The notes beneath the pieces were generated by a model. That model was given only the letters and a program-made list of their open reading frames with translations. It did no database searches and had not been told where the DNA came from. A stretch of DNA of 12,154 bases from Candidatus Zixiibacteriota bacterium (GTDB lineage: Bacteria; Zixibacteria; MSB-5A5; CAIYYT01). Below, piece by piece: positions 1 through 6,782 of this stretch (position 1 is the stretch's first letter; every line of letters starts with the position of its first letter). The stretch spans positions 1 through 12,154 of the forward strand of contig JBECKX010000100.1 in NCBI GenBank assembly GCA_040235515.1. The letters are read 5' to 3'. The translations under genes were made by a program, and so were the position numbers.

Positions 1-1062
1 TTCGGCAGCCATCAGGCCGCAGAGCACGGCAACTTCCTTGGAGTGTCCGAGGACGTTTTGACCGTAGCTGGTACGGTAGTTGAGTTTGCCGAGGAGCCGA
101 ACGACGTCGTCATGGATCACATGAATACCGAGTTCGAAACAGGCCTGCTCGCCCGCTTCGCGCACCATCATCGCCATTTCCTTTTCAGATTTCTCGACAA
201 CCTCTTCGATGCGGGTCGGGTGGATACGGCCGTCCGAGACGAGCTTTTCCAAGGCCATACGGGCGATTTCGCGGCGTACCGGGTCGTAGCCAGAGAGGAT
301 TACGGCTTCCGGAGTGTCGTCGACGATGACATCGATTCCGGTGAGGGTCTCGAAGGAACGGATATTGCGGCCTTCGCGGCCGATGATGCGGCCTTTCATT
401 TCATCGCTGGGCAGCGGCACAACCGACACGGTTGATTCGACCGTATGGTCGGCGGCGCAGCGGTAGATGGCGAGCAGAATGATTTCGCGGGCTTCCTTTT
501 CCGCCTGGGCTTCCGCCTTATCCTTAATCTCCTTGATCGTAGCCGCCGCTTCAACCTTGGCCTGGCCGATCAGGTTATCCATCAGCACTTTTTTCGCTTC
601 CTCGGCTGACATTCCGGCGATGCGTTCGAGTTGCTTATTCTGGTCGGCGACGAGTTGCTCGAGTTCTTCCTCCCGAACGGTGATCCCTTTCTCGCGGTGC
701 TGCATATTTTTCTCGCGCCCCTGCAGTTCACGTTCCTTTTTATCGAGAACGTCAACTTTGCGATCGAGATTGGATTCGCGTTCGTTGAGTTTCTTTTCGA
801 GCTTTTGAAATTCGGCCCGTTTATTTTGCTGTTCCCGCTCGAAAGCGACTTTCTGCTTGTACCATTCATCTTTGGCTTCAAGTAGCGCTTCCTTCTTCTT
901 GATCTCAGCTTCCTTTTGAGCATCCTCGACAATCTTTCTGGCCTGCTCTTCGGCTTGCTTGATCTTTCCGAAAGATGCACGCGTCATGAGCAGATACACG
1001 ACGCCCGCAGCGATGATAGCCGCGCCTGCAATTTCCAAGATCAGAATTACGTAATCCGGCAT
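1..1062 (-). CDS. rny: Ribonuclease Y (5' part; runs off the window's left edge)
   Basis: Not in the ORF track; translated by hand from ATG at 1062 with SD AGGAG at 1070-1074. N-terminal TM helix ([25 protein letters not shown]), long coiled coil, KH motif [46 protein letters not shown], and [12 protein letters not shown] (start of HD domain). Open for 354 codons to position 1. Confidence 0.97.
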   Translation of the reverse strand, partial: MPDYVILILEIAGAAIIAAGVVYLLMTRASFGKIKQAEEQARKIVEDAQKEAEIKKKEALLEAKDEWYKQKVAFEREQQNKRAEFQKLEKKLNERESNLDRKVDVLDKKERELQGREKNMQHREKGITVREEELEQLVADQNKQLERIAGMSAEEAKKVLMDNLIGQAKVEAAATIKEIKDKAEAQAEKEAREIILLAIYRCAADHTVESTVSVVPLPSDEMKGRIIGREGRNIRSFETLTGIDVIVDDTPEAVILSGYDPVRREIARMALEKLVSDGRIHPTRIEEVVEKSEKEMAMMVREAGEQACFELGIHVIHDDVVRLLGKLNYRTSYGQNVLGHSKEVAVLCGLMAAE

Positions 1063-1129
1063 GGTTCCACTCCTGTCGGCGCCCCTGCGGCCGGGACGTC
1101 CGGAACATATCTATATGCCTGTCATAGAA

Positions 1130-1146
1130 ATTAGGCTGCGCCTAAT
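1130..1146 (-). repeat. Perfect 7-bp inverted repeat (hairpin) in the zapA-rny spacer
   Basis: ATTAGGC-GCA-GCCTAAT on the minus strand, followed by TTCT; weak terminator-like or leader hairpin. Confidence 0.5.
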
Positions 1147-1192
1147 GCGGGGAGTCTGGCTGGTGCGCTGCTTCGAATGGAGGCTGGAGCAG

Positions 1193-1510
1193 CTATGAGG
1201 CAGCCTGGGGGGAGAGTCTGCTCTCCAACCAGTCGATAATGTGTTGCGACTTCTCTTCGATGTCTTTCGTGATGGTCTCAGTTTCCTGAGCGGTCGCTTC
1301 TCTTGCCTTAAACAACTCGTCGGTAATATTAAGGGCTGCCAGAATGGCAACCTTGGCCGGCGCACGGTTGCTATCCTGCTTGGCTACTTCTCGCATCTTG
1401 CCGTCAAGATATGATGCCACCCTGATTATATAGTCGGGATCGGCGGTGCCACGAATAGGATAGTTTTCGCCGTAAATACTGACGTTGACAGTTTGCTTTT
1501 TATTTTCCAT
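1193..1510 (-). CDS. zapA: Cell division protein ZapA
   Basis: 105 aa with the ZapA pattern: VNVSIYGENYPI, YIIRVASYLDGKMREV, KVAILAALNITDELF, then a C-terminal coiled coil; located upstream of rny. Confidence 0.93.
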   Translation of the reverse strand: MENKKQTVNVSIYGENYPIRGTADPDYIIRVASYLDGKMREVAKQDSNRAPAKVAILAALNITDELFKAREATAQETETITKDIEEKSQHIIDWLESRLSPQAAS

Positions 1511-1592
1511 TAACAGTCAATCGTTGCCCGATTAAAACTCACCAATTAGACTAAGCCAAAATCTATGTCTATCTAAAAGTTAGAGAAATATT

Positions 1593-1611
1593 AGCGGGTT
1601 TTAAAACCGCT
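1593..1611 (-). terminator. Short hairpin immediately after the zapB-like stop codon (possible weak terminator or stabiliser)
   Basis: AGCGGTTTTAAAACCCGCT is a near-palindrome with one bulge, followed by AATATTTCTCT; there is no clean U-tract. Confidence 0.35.
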
Positions 1612-1612
1612 G

Positions 1613-1888
1613 TCAAGATATTTTGAGTTCGGTTTGGAACTGATCTATTTTATCAACCAACTTGGTTATCCGTTTCAGTGCCATGTCATTATTGCTGGTG
1701 TGAATCTTCTCGAGGCGGAGGTTTTCATCACTGAGGCGCTTGACATCTTCCTCCAGAGCTTTCACCCGCTCCCGCAGCTTCTCACACTCAGACTCCAGCT
1801 TCCTGCGTTCCGACTGAACCTTGTCGAACTCATCAACGAGCTGGGAAACCTTTGCTTCAAGCTTATCAAATGATTCCATATCTGCCAT
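1613..1888 (-). CDS. Small all-coiled-coil protein, ZapB-like / ZapA-associated
   Basis: 91 aa with heptad pattern FDKLEAKVSQLVDEFDKVQSERRKLESECEKLRERVKALEEDVKRL, resembling the ZapB N-terminus; located between pheT and zapA. Confidence 0.7.
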   Translation of the reverse strand: MADMESFDKLEAKVSQLVDEFDKVQSERRKLESECEKLRERVKALEEDVKRLSDENLRLEKIHTSNNDMALKRITKLVDKIDQFQTELKIS

Positions 1889-1921
1889 TCCTATCTATGC
1901 TGAGAGTATGTAGAAAACTGA

Positions 1922-1950
1922 AGTATATTCTTATTGCTAAAAACTTACTA
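1922..1950 (-). promoter_or_regulatory. Putative sigma-70-type promoter for zapB-like/zapA/rny
   Basis: -10 TATACT (1922-1927) with a weak -35 TAGTAA 17 bp upstream, in an AT-rich spacer. Confidence 0.4.
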
Positions 1951-1967
1951 CTGAAACTGTCCAATTA

Positions 1968-1992
1968 AACTATCACTTTAACTACCACTTTA
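1968..1992. repeat. Tandem 12-bp direct repeat AACTA(T/C)CACTTT x2
   Basis: AACTATCACTTT (1968-1979) followed directly by AACTACCACTTT (1980-1991), 11/12 identical. Confidence 0.75.
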
Positions 1993-1998
1993 GGCCGG

Positions 1999-2024
1999 GT
2001 TGCGGCAACTAACCTGCCCGCAAC
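1999..2024 (-). repeat. Hairpin spanning the pheT stop codon
   Basis: Minus strand GTTGCGG(G)CA-GGTTAGT-TGCCGCAAC: a 9-bp stem with one bulge, with the TAG stop in the loop and no U-tract. Confidence 0.5.
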
Positions 2025-4393
2025 TCAGCTCCGTGCTTGTTCTTGAGCGCTGTCACAACGCCTGACATCAGGCTATCGATTTCTTCATCGGTTAAAGTTT
2101 TACTCTCATCCTGAATCGTAAGCCTAAGTGCGACAGACTTTTTACCTTTATCAACCTGCTTACCGCGATAGAGATCGAATACGATCACATCTCGAAGGCG
2201 TTCATCAGCGTTGCCTCGGATTGTTTCGATCAAGGCACCCGCGGGAGTCTGCTCGTCAACTATGACTGCGATGTCGCGTTCGGAGCCGGGGTAGCGCGGC
2301 AATTCGGCATAGAAAGTCCTGGCCCGATGATTTTGAAACAGCGGCTCGACTCGCAGTTCTGCAATATATACGTCGAATTTGATGCCGTAAGCTTTGAGAA
2401 TATTGGCTGCTACTTTGCCACAATCTCCGATCGGCTCCTCCCCTATCTTGACAACGAAAGAACAATCTTGCTCGTAGCGGGGATTGGCAGCCGGGGCAAC
2501 CGTAATACCGCTGTTGAGAAGTCCGCTGATTTCCTCGAGGCTGCCGATGATATCGTGAACCGAGAACTCGCCGGGGTGGAATGCCCAATTCTCTCCCATA
2601 TCGTTTCCTGAGATTGCCAACCCGAGGCTTTGATGTTCCTCGGGTACCGAGCCTCCAGAGTTGGCGAATACGGTTCCAATCTCGAAGACTTTCACCGTTC
2701 GGACCTGGTGGCTGATATTCTCGCGAACCACGTTGAGCAATGCTGCAGCGAGGCTGGGACGAAGCCATTTGAGATCTTCCGAGATCGGGTTGAGCAATTC
2801 GACCGGAGTCGTATCGGGATCGGTAAGCCTGATCAGCTTCGGATCTCCGATGCTGTTGGTGACCGCATCAAAATAGCCCTGGGCCATCAACACGGCACGC
2901 AGTTTTCGGGTGAACTGCTCCTGCGGGTCCGTGCGGACAACGAGGTCACCTCCAGCCCGCATGACAGTTGGAATCTTGTCGTAACCGTAGATCCGGGCGA
3001 CTTCCTCGATCAGATCGATTTCGCGTTCGATGTCGGGCCGGAAGGTCGGCACGTCGACGCCGATATTCTTGCCGGGCGAGACGCGAAACTCGAGTGCGTT
3101 GAGAATATCGATCATTGCCGGCGCGCTCATATCTGTTGCCAGGATTTGATTGACACGCGCGGGTCGGAGTTCGAGGCGAAGTGGTTCGATCGGCTGCGGA
3201 TATTCATCGACGATACCGGAACATACCTGTCCACCCGCGTACTTCTCGAGTAAGCTGGCGGCCCGGTCAATTGCCGCCGGTACGATGTTGGGATCGCAAC
3301 CACGTTCGAAGCGGGTCTGGCTTTCCGATGTCAGCCCGAGGTGCTTGCGTCCACGACGAATCGTGCCGGCATTGAAATAGGCGGCTTCAAGCAGTACGAC
3401 GGAGGTAGTATCGGAGACTTCCGACTCCTCTCCGCCCATGATTCCACCGATCGCCACCGGCTTTTTGCCGTCGGTGATAAGCAGGACATCGTTGTTGAGC
3501 TTACGGTCGACGCCATCGAGGGTACGAAACTGCTCGCCATCTCTGGCGCGCCGCACGACCACTTCGGGCTGCGAAAAATTGTCAAAGTCAAATGCGTGGA
3601 GCGGCTGACCATATTCAAGCATCACGTAGTTGGTGATATCGACAACGTTGTTGATCGAGCGCACCCCGGAGGCAAGCAGACGTTGCTGCATCCACCAGGG
3701 TGATGGTCCAACCTTGATATCTTTGATGATGCGCGCGGCGTAGCGCGGACAGGCATCGGGATCTTCGATTCGCACCTTGACTAAAGCCGACGCCGCCTCT
3801 TTGGATTCGTTGATCTCCGCCTTCGGACGCTTGAGCGGCGAGCCGGTGATCGCTGCGATCTCACGTGCGATACCGATGGCTGAGAGACAGTCGGCGCGGT
3901 TGGGGGTCAGGTCGAAGGAGACGGAGTAATCGTCGAGTGAGAGTGCACTCTTGAGATCAGAACCGGTTTTGATTGACTGATCGATTTCCATGATACCGGA
4001 GTGGTCATCCGAGATGCCGAGTTCTTCCTCACTGCACAGGACGCCTTCTGATTCGACGCCCTCGAACTCGATACTCTTCACCTTCATACCGTTCGAGAGT
4101 TCTGCGCCGGGCAACGCGAGAGCGGATTTCATTCCTTCCCGCACGTTGGGAGCGCCGCAGACAACGGTCAACTGCAGGTCTTTGCCCAGTTCGACACGGC
4201 AGATCGAGAGTTTATCTTTCCTGGGATGCTTCTTTACCGAGGTGACTTTGCCGACGACGATGTTCTCGAGGTTACCGGCTACAGCTTCGATCCCATCAAC
4301 GGCGGTGCCGATGCTGGTGAGTCTGTCAGCGAGAGCCTCGACTCCATCGGAGAAGTCGACTAGTTCCTTCAGCCAGTTAAATGATAGCTTCAT
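2009..4393 (-). CDS. pheT: Phenylalanine--tRNA ligase beta subunit
   Basis: 794 aa; MKLSFNWLKELV start, VVCGAPNV tRNA-binding OB domain, DLTPNRADCLS, NNVVDITNYVMLEYGQPLHAFD, RPDIEREIDLIEEVARIYGY, C-terminal FDX-ACB domain (GKKSVALRL..DESKTLTDEE). Confidence 0.99.
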   Translation of the reverse strand: MKLSFNWLKELVDFSDGVEALADRLTSIGTAVDGIEAVAGNLENIVVGKVTSVKKHPRKDKLSICRVELGKDLQLTVVCGAPNVREGMKSALALPGAELSNGMKVKSIEFEGVESEGVLCSEEELGISDDHSGIMEIDQSIKTGSDLKSALSLDDYSVSFDLTPNRADCLSAIGIAREIAAITGSPLKRPKAEINESKEAASALVKVRIEDPDACPRYAARIIKDIKVGPSPWWMQQRLLASGVRSINNVVDITNYVMLEYGQPLHAFDFDNFSQPEVVVRRARDGEQFRTLDGVDRKLNNDVLLITDGKKPVAIGGIMGGEESEVSDTTSVVLLEAAYFNAGTIRRGRKHLGLTSESQTRFERGCDPNIVPAAIDRAASLLEKYAGGQVCSGIVDEYPQPIEPLRLELRPARVNQILATDMSAPAMIDILNALEFRVSPGKNIGVDVPTFRPDIEREIDLIEEVARIYGYDKIPTVMRAGGDLVVRTDPQEQFTRKLRAVLMAQGYFDAVTNSIGDPKLIRLTDPDTTPVELLNPISEDLKWLRPSLAAALLNVVRENISHQVRTVKVFEIGTVFANSGGSVPEEHQSLGLAISGNDMGENWAFHPGEFSVHDIIGSLEEISGLLNSGITVAPAANPRYEQDCSFVVKIGEEPIGDCGKVAANILKAYGIKFDVYIAELRVEPLFQNHRARTFYAELPRYPGSERDIAVIVDEQTPAGALIETIRGNADERLRDVIVFDLYRGKQVDKGKKSVALRLTIQDESKTLTDEEIDSLMSGVVTALKNKHGAELRAG

Positions 4394-4408
4394 GCCCTGC
4401 CCTGTCCG

Positions 4409-5422
4409 TTAGAACTGGTTAAGAAAGCGAATATCGTTGTTGAAGAATAGGCGAATATCGTCGATCTTGTGCTTCAGCATGGCGATTCTTTCCACGCCGA
4501 TACCGAATGCGTATCCGGAGTAAACTTCGGGGTCATACCCTACCGCTTTAAATACATTCGGATCGATCATCCCGCAACCGAGAATTTCGAGCCAGCCTTC
4601 ATACTTACAGATGCGGCAGCCCTCTCCGTTGCAGAGAAAACAAGAAATATCGACTTCCATCGAGGGTTCGGTAAATGGGAAGAAGCTCGGACGATAGCGA
4701 AGCTTCACCGAGTCACCGAAGTAGGTCACGGCGAATGCGGTCAGCACACCTTTGAGGTCAGCGAAGGTAACATCATGATCGGCGTAGAAACCGTCGACCT
4801 GATGAAACACGCAATAAGCGCGAGCGCTGATAGCCTCCTGCCGATAGGTTCTGCCGGGGGCGATGATACGCACCGGCGGTTTGCGTTTCTCGAACTCGCG
4901 CACCTGCACCGGAGTGGTATGGGTACGCATAACCAGATTATCATTCAGATAGAACGTATCCTGCATATCGCGCGCCGGGTGGTCTGGTGCGAAGTTAAGG
5001 GCGGCGAAGTTGTAGTGATCGGTTTCCACTTCGGGACCGAGGGCGACCTCGAAGCCCATGCCGTGGAAGATTTCGATCATTTCCTGAAAGGTCTGGTTGA
5101 TCGGATGAAGTTTGCCGGTGGGATAACGTTTACCCGGAAGTGTGTGATCGACCAGTCGCGCACCCGGTTTGGCTGTGCCGCCGAGTGAGTTTTTTTTCTC
5201 CTCGATCAGGGCCTCGATTTCCTGACGCACGACATTGGCCTGCTGACCGACCTGCTTCCGTTCTTCGGGGGCGAGGTCGCCGAGGCCGCGCAGGATACCG
5301 GTGACGAGTCCCTTCTTGCCGAGGTATTTTACGCGGAGAGACTCAAGATCCTGGGGAGTCTGACAGCTGGACAGCTCGGTACGGGCCTGTGATAGTATGT
5401 CCGAAATCGCGAGATCGGACAT
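4409..5422 (-). CDS. pheS: Phenylalanine--tRNA ligase alpha subunit
   Basis: 337 aa; LRVKYLGKKG, HPARDMQDTFY, RTHTTPVQ, RPSFFPFTEPS, WLEILGCGMIDPNV, GYAFGIGVERIAML; includes a CxxC..CxxC insertion. Confidence 0.99.
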   Translation of the reverse strand: MSDLAISDILSQARTELSSCQTPQDLESLRVKYLGKKGLVTGILRGLGDLAPEERKQVGQQANVVRQEIEALIEEKKNSLGGTAKPGARLVDHTLPGKRYPTGKLHPINQTFQEMIEIFHGMGFEVALGPEVETDHYNFAALNFAPDHPARDMQDTFYLNDNLVMRTHTTPVQVREFEKRKPPVRIIAPGRTYRQEAISARAYCVFHQVDGFYADHDVTFADLKGVLTAFAVTYFGDSVKLRYRPSFFPFTEPSMEVDISCFLCNGEGCRICKYEGWLEILGCGMIDPNVFKAVGYDPEVYSGYAFGIGVERIAMLKHKIDDIRLFFNNDIRFLNQF

Positions 5423-5425
5423 ACT

Positions 5426-5776
5426 TTAAGCTGATTTGGCGATTTCGGTAAGCTTCGTGAATGTAGCCTCGTCGCGAGCCGCGATATCAGCGAGCATTTT
5501 GCGATCGAGATTCACGCCGGACTTTTTCAGGCCATCGATGAAGGCTGAGTAGGTCACGCCGTTGGCCCGGCACATGGCCGAGATACGGGTGATCCAAAGT
5601 CGGCGAAATTCGCGCTTTTTGTTGCGACGGTCACGATAGGCATAGACGAGGCCTTTCTGCACCGTCTCTTTTGCGGTACGCAGCAGGCGGCTGCGGGCGC
5701 CGTAGTTGCCCTTAGCGCGCTTCAGTACTTTCTTACGACGCTTGCGGGAGGCAACATTGTTGGTTGCGCGTGGCAT
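5426..5776 (-). CDS. rplT: 50S ribosomal protein L20
   Basis: 116 aa; [53 protein letters not shown] upstream. Confidence 0.99.
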   Translation of the reverse strand: MPRATNNVASRKRRKKVLKRAKGNYGARSRLLRTAKETVQKGLVYAYRDRRNKKREFRRLWITRISAMCRANGVTYSAFIDGLKKSGVNLDRKMLADIAARDEATFTKLTEIAKSA

Positions 5777-5810
5777 TCTTCCTACACTCCTTAAGTATCA
5801 GAACTCAAAT

Positions 5811-6008
5811 TTATCTATATGGCAGCAGAAAACGAATCTTGCGCTGATCGGCTGAACTGGTCTCAGTCGCCTGGCGCAGTTTCCGTTTACGTTTGGCACT
5901 CTTCTTGGTCAGAATGTGCCGGGCATAGCCTTTGCGTCTCATGACCTTGCCGGAGCCGGTCACTTTGAAGCGCTTGGCTGCGCCACGATTTGTTCTCATC
6001 TTCGGCAT
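5811..6008 (-). CDS. rpmI: 50S ribosomal protein L35
   Basis: 65 aa; [42 protein letters not shown]. Confidence 0.99.
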   Translation of the reverse strand: MPKMRTNRGAAKRFKVTGSGKVMRRKGYARHILTKKSAKRKRKLRQATETSSADQRKIRFLLPYR

Positions 6009-6051
6009 TACGTTATCCTCTATTTCGAGTCAAATATCTGCTAACGGCAAT

Positions 6052-6089
6052 CCCGGGCGACTATGCGATTACGAATCGCGGTCGCCGGG
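6052..6089 (-). promoter_or_regulatory. Long irregular stem-loop between infC and rpmI
   Basis: CCC-GGCGAC-C-GCGATT-CGT-AATCGC-ATA-GTCGCC-C-GGG: 15 Watson-Crick pairs with one internal loop and one bulge; starts 2 nt after the infC stop. Confidence 0.65.
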
Positions 6090-6091
6090 TA

Positions 6092-6652
6092 TCAGTCGTC
6101 TCTTTCGTCATCGCCTGAGTCTGACTTGCGAATCTCAGGTCGCGGGTTCATCACCATCGACATCGTGTTCCCCTCCATTTTGGCGGGAACTTCGACGGTG
6201 GCGATTTCAGCCAGTTCAGCTTCCAACTGATCCAGGATTTTCTTTCCGAACTCCTGGTGGGCCATTTCACGGCCACGGAAGCGCACCATAAGTTTCACCT
6301 TGTGGCCGCTCTTCAGGAAGTCGATCACGTGCCGGGTTTTGAACTGATAGTCGTGCTCTTCGATCTTCGGACGGTACTGCATCTCCTTCATCGCGACCGA
6401 TGTGGATTTCTTGCGCTTCTCTTTTTCCTTCTTCTGAAGCTCGTATTTGTAGCGTCCAAAATCGAGAATTTTGCAGACCGGCGGCCTGGCCGTCGGTGAT
6501 ATTTCAACTAAGTCCAGTCCTTTACTATAAGCCAGATCGAGAGCTTCTTTGGTTTTCATCACTCCGATCTGCTCACCTTCAGAATCAATGACGCGCACTT
6601 CTGGAATGCGAATCATTTCATTTACTCTGATATCCGGCTTGTGTCTGGCTAT
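6092..6652 (-). CDS. infC: Translation initiation factor IF-3 (non-canonical ATA start, 186 aa)
   Basis: IF3 motifs RVNEMIRIPEVRVI, LDLVEISP..PPVCKILDFGRYKYE, KEMQYRPKIEEHDY, FRGRE. The frame extends 12 codons upstream of the ORF-track ATG (6616) to ATA at 6652, preceded by SD AGGAGGTGA (6656-6664). Confidence 0.96.
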   Translation of the reverse strand: MARHKPDIRVNEMIRIPEVRVIDSEGEQIGVMKTKEALDLAYSKGLDLVEISPTARPPVCKILDFGRYKYELQKKEKEKRKKSTSVAMKEMQYRPKIEEHDYQFKTRHVIDFLKSGHKVKLMVRFRGREMAHQEFGKKILDQLEAELAEIATVEVPAKMEGNTMSMVMNPRPEIRKSDSGDDERDD

Positions 6653-6681
6653 GCGTCACCTCCTGCTATGAATCAAACTAC

Positions 6682-6710
6682 TCTGCACAAACGCATCTGC
6701 TTAGTGCAGA
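6682..6710 (-). promoter_or_regulatory. Hairpin in the infC 5' leader
   Basis: TCTGCAC-TAAGCAGATGCGTTT-GTGCAGA, a 7-bp perfect outer stem between the predicted TSS (about 6713) and the SD. Confidence 0.55.
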
Positions 6711-6719
6711 AAGACTTGT

Positions 6720-6748
6720 ATTATACGTGCCTGTAGTTCATTTGCCAA
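6720..6748 (-). promoter_or_regulatory. Sigma-70-type promoter for infC-rpmI-rplT-pheST
   Basis: TTGGCA (6743-6748), 17-bp spacer, TATAAT (6720-6725): 5/6 and 6/6 consensus matches with optimal spacing. Confidence 0.85.
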
Positions 6749-6750
6749 GT

Positions 6751-6777
6751 GAAAATTCAGCTGAGACCCGGGCTGAA
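6751..6777 (-). terminator. Candidate intrinsic terminator after thrS
   Basis: TTCAGC-(10-nt loop)-GCTGAA followed by TTTTC, 5 nt after the thrS stop codon. Confidence 0.45.
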
Positions 6778-6782
6778 ATCGA

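Noticed and set aside
582..1108. Minus-strand ORFs 582..980 and 905..1108, which might suggest a frameshifted rny
   Set aside because: Hand translation shows rny is continuous from 1062 to 1 in another frame. The track omitted it, apparently because it lacks a stop in the window.
1511..2008. AT-rich stretch as a replication origin or sigma-28 promoter
   Set aside because: I found no TTATCCACA DnaA boxes, and the TAAAGT hexamers lack a GCCGATAA element at the proper spacing.
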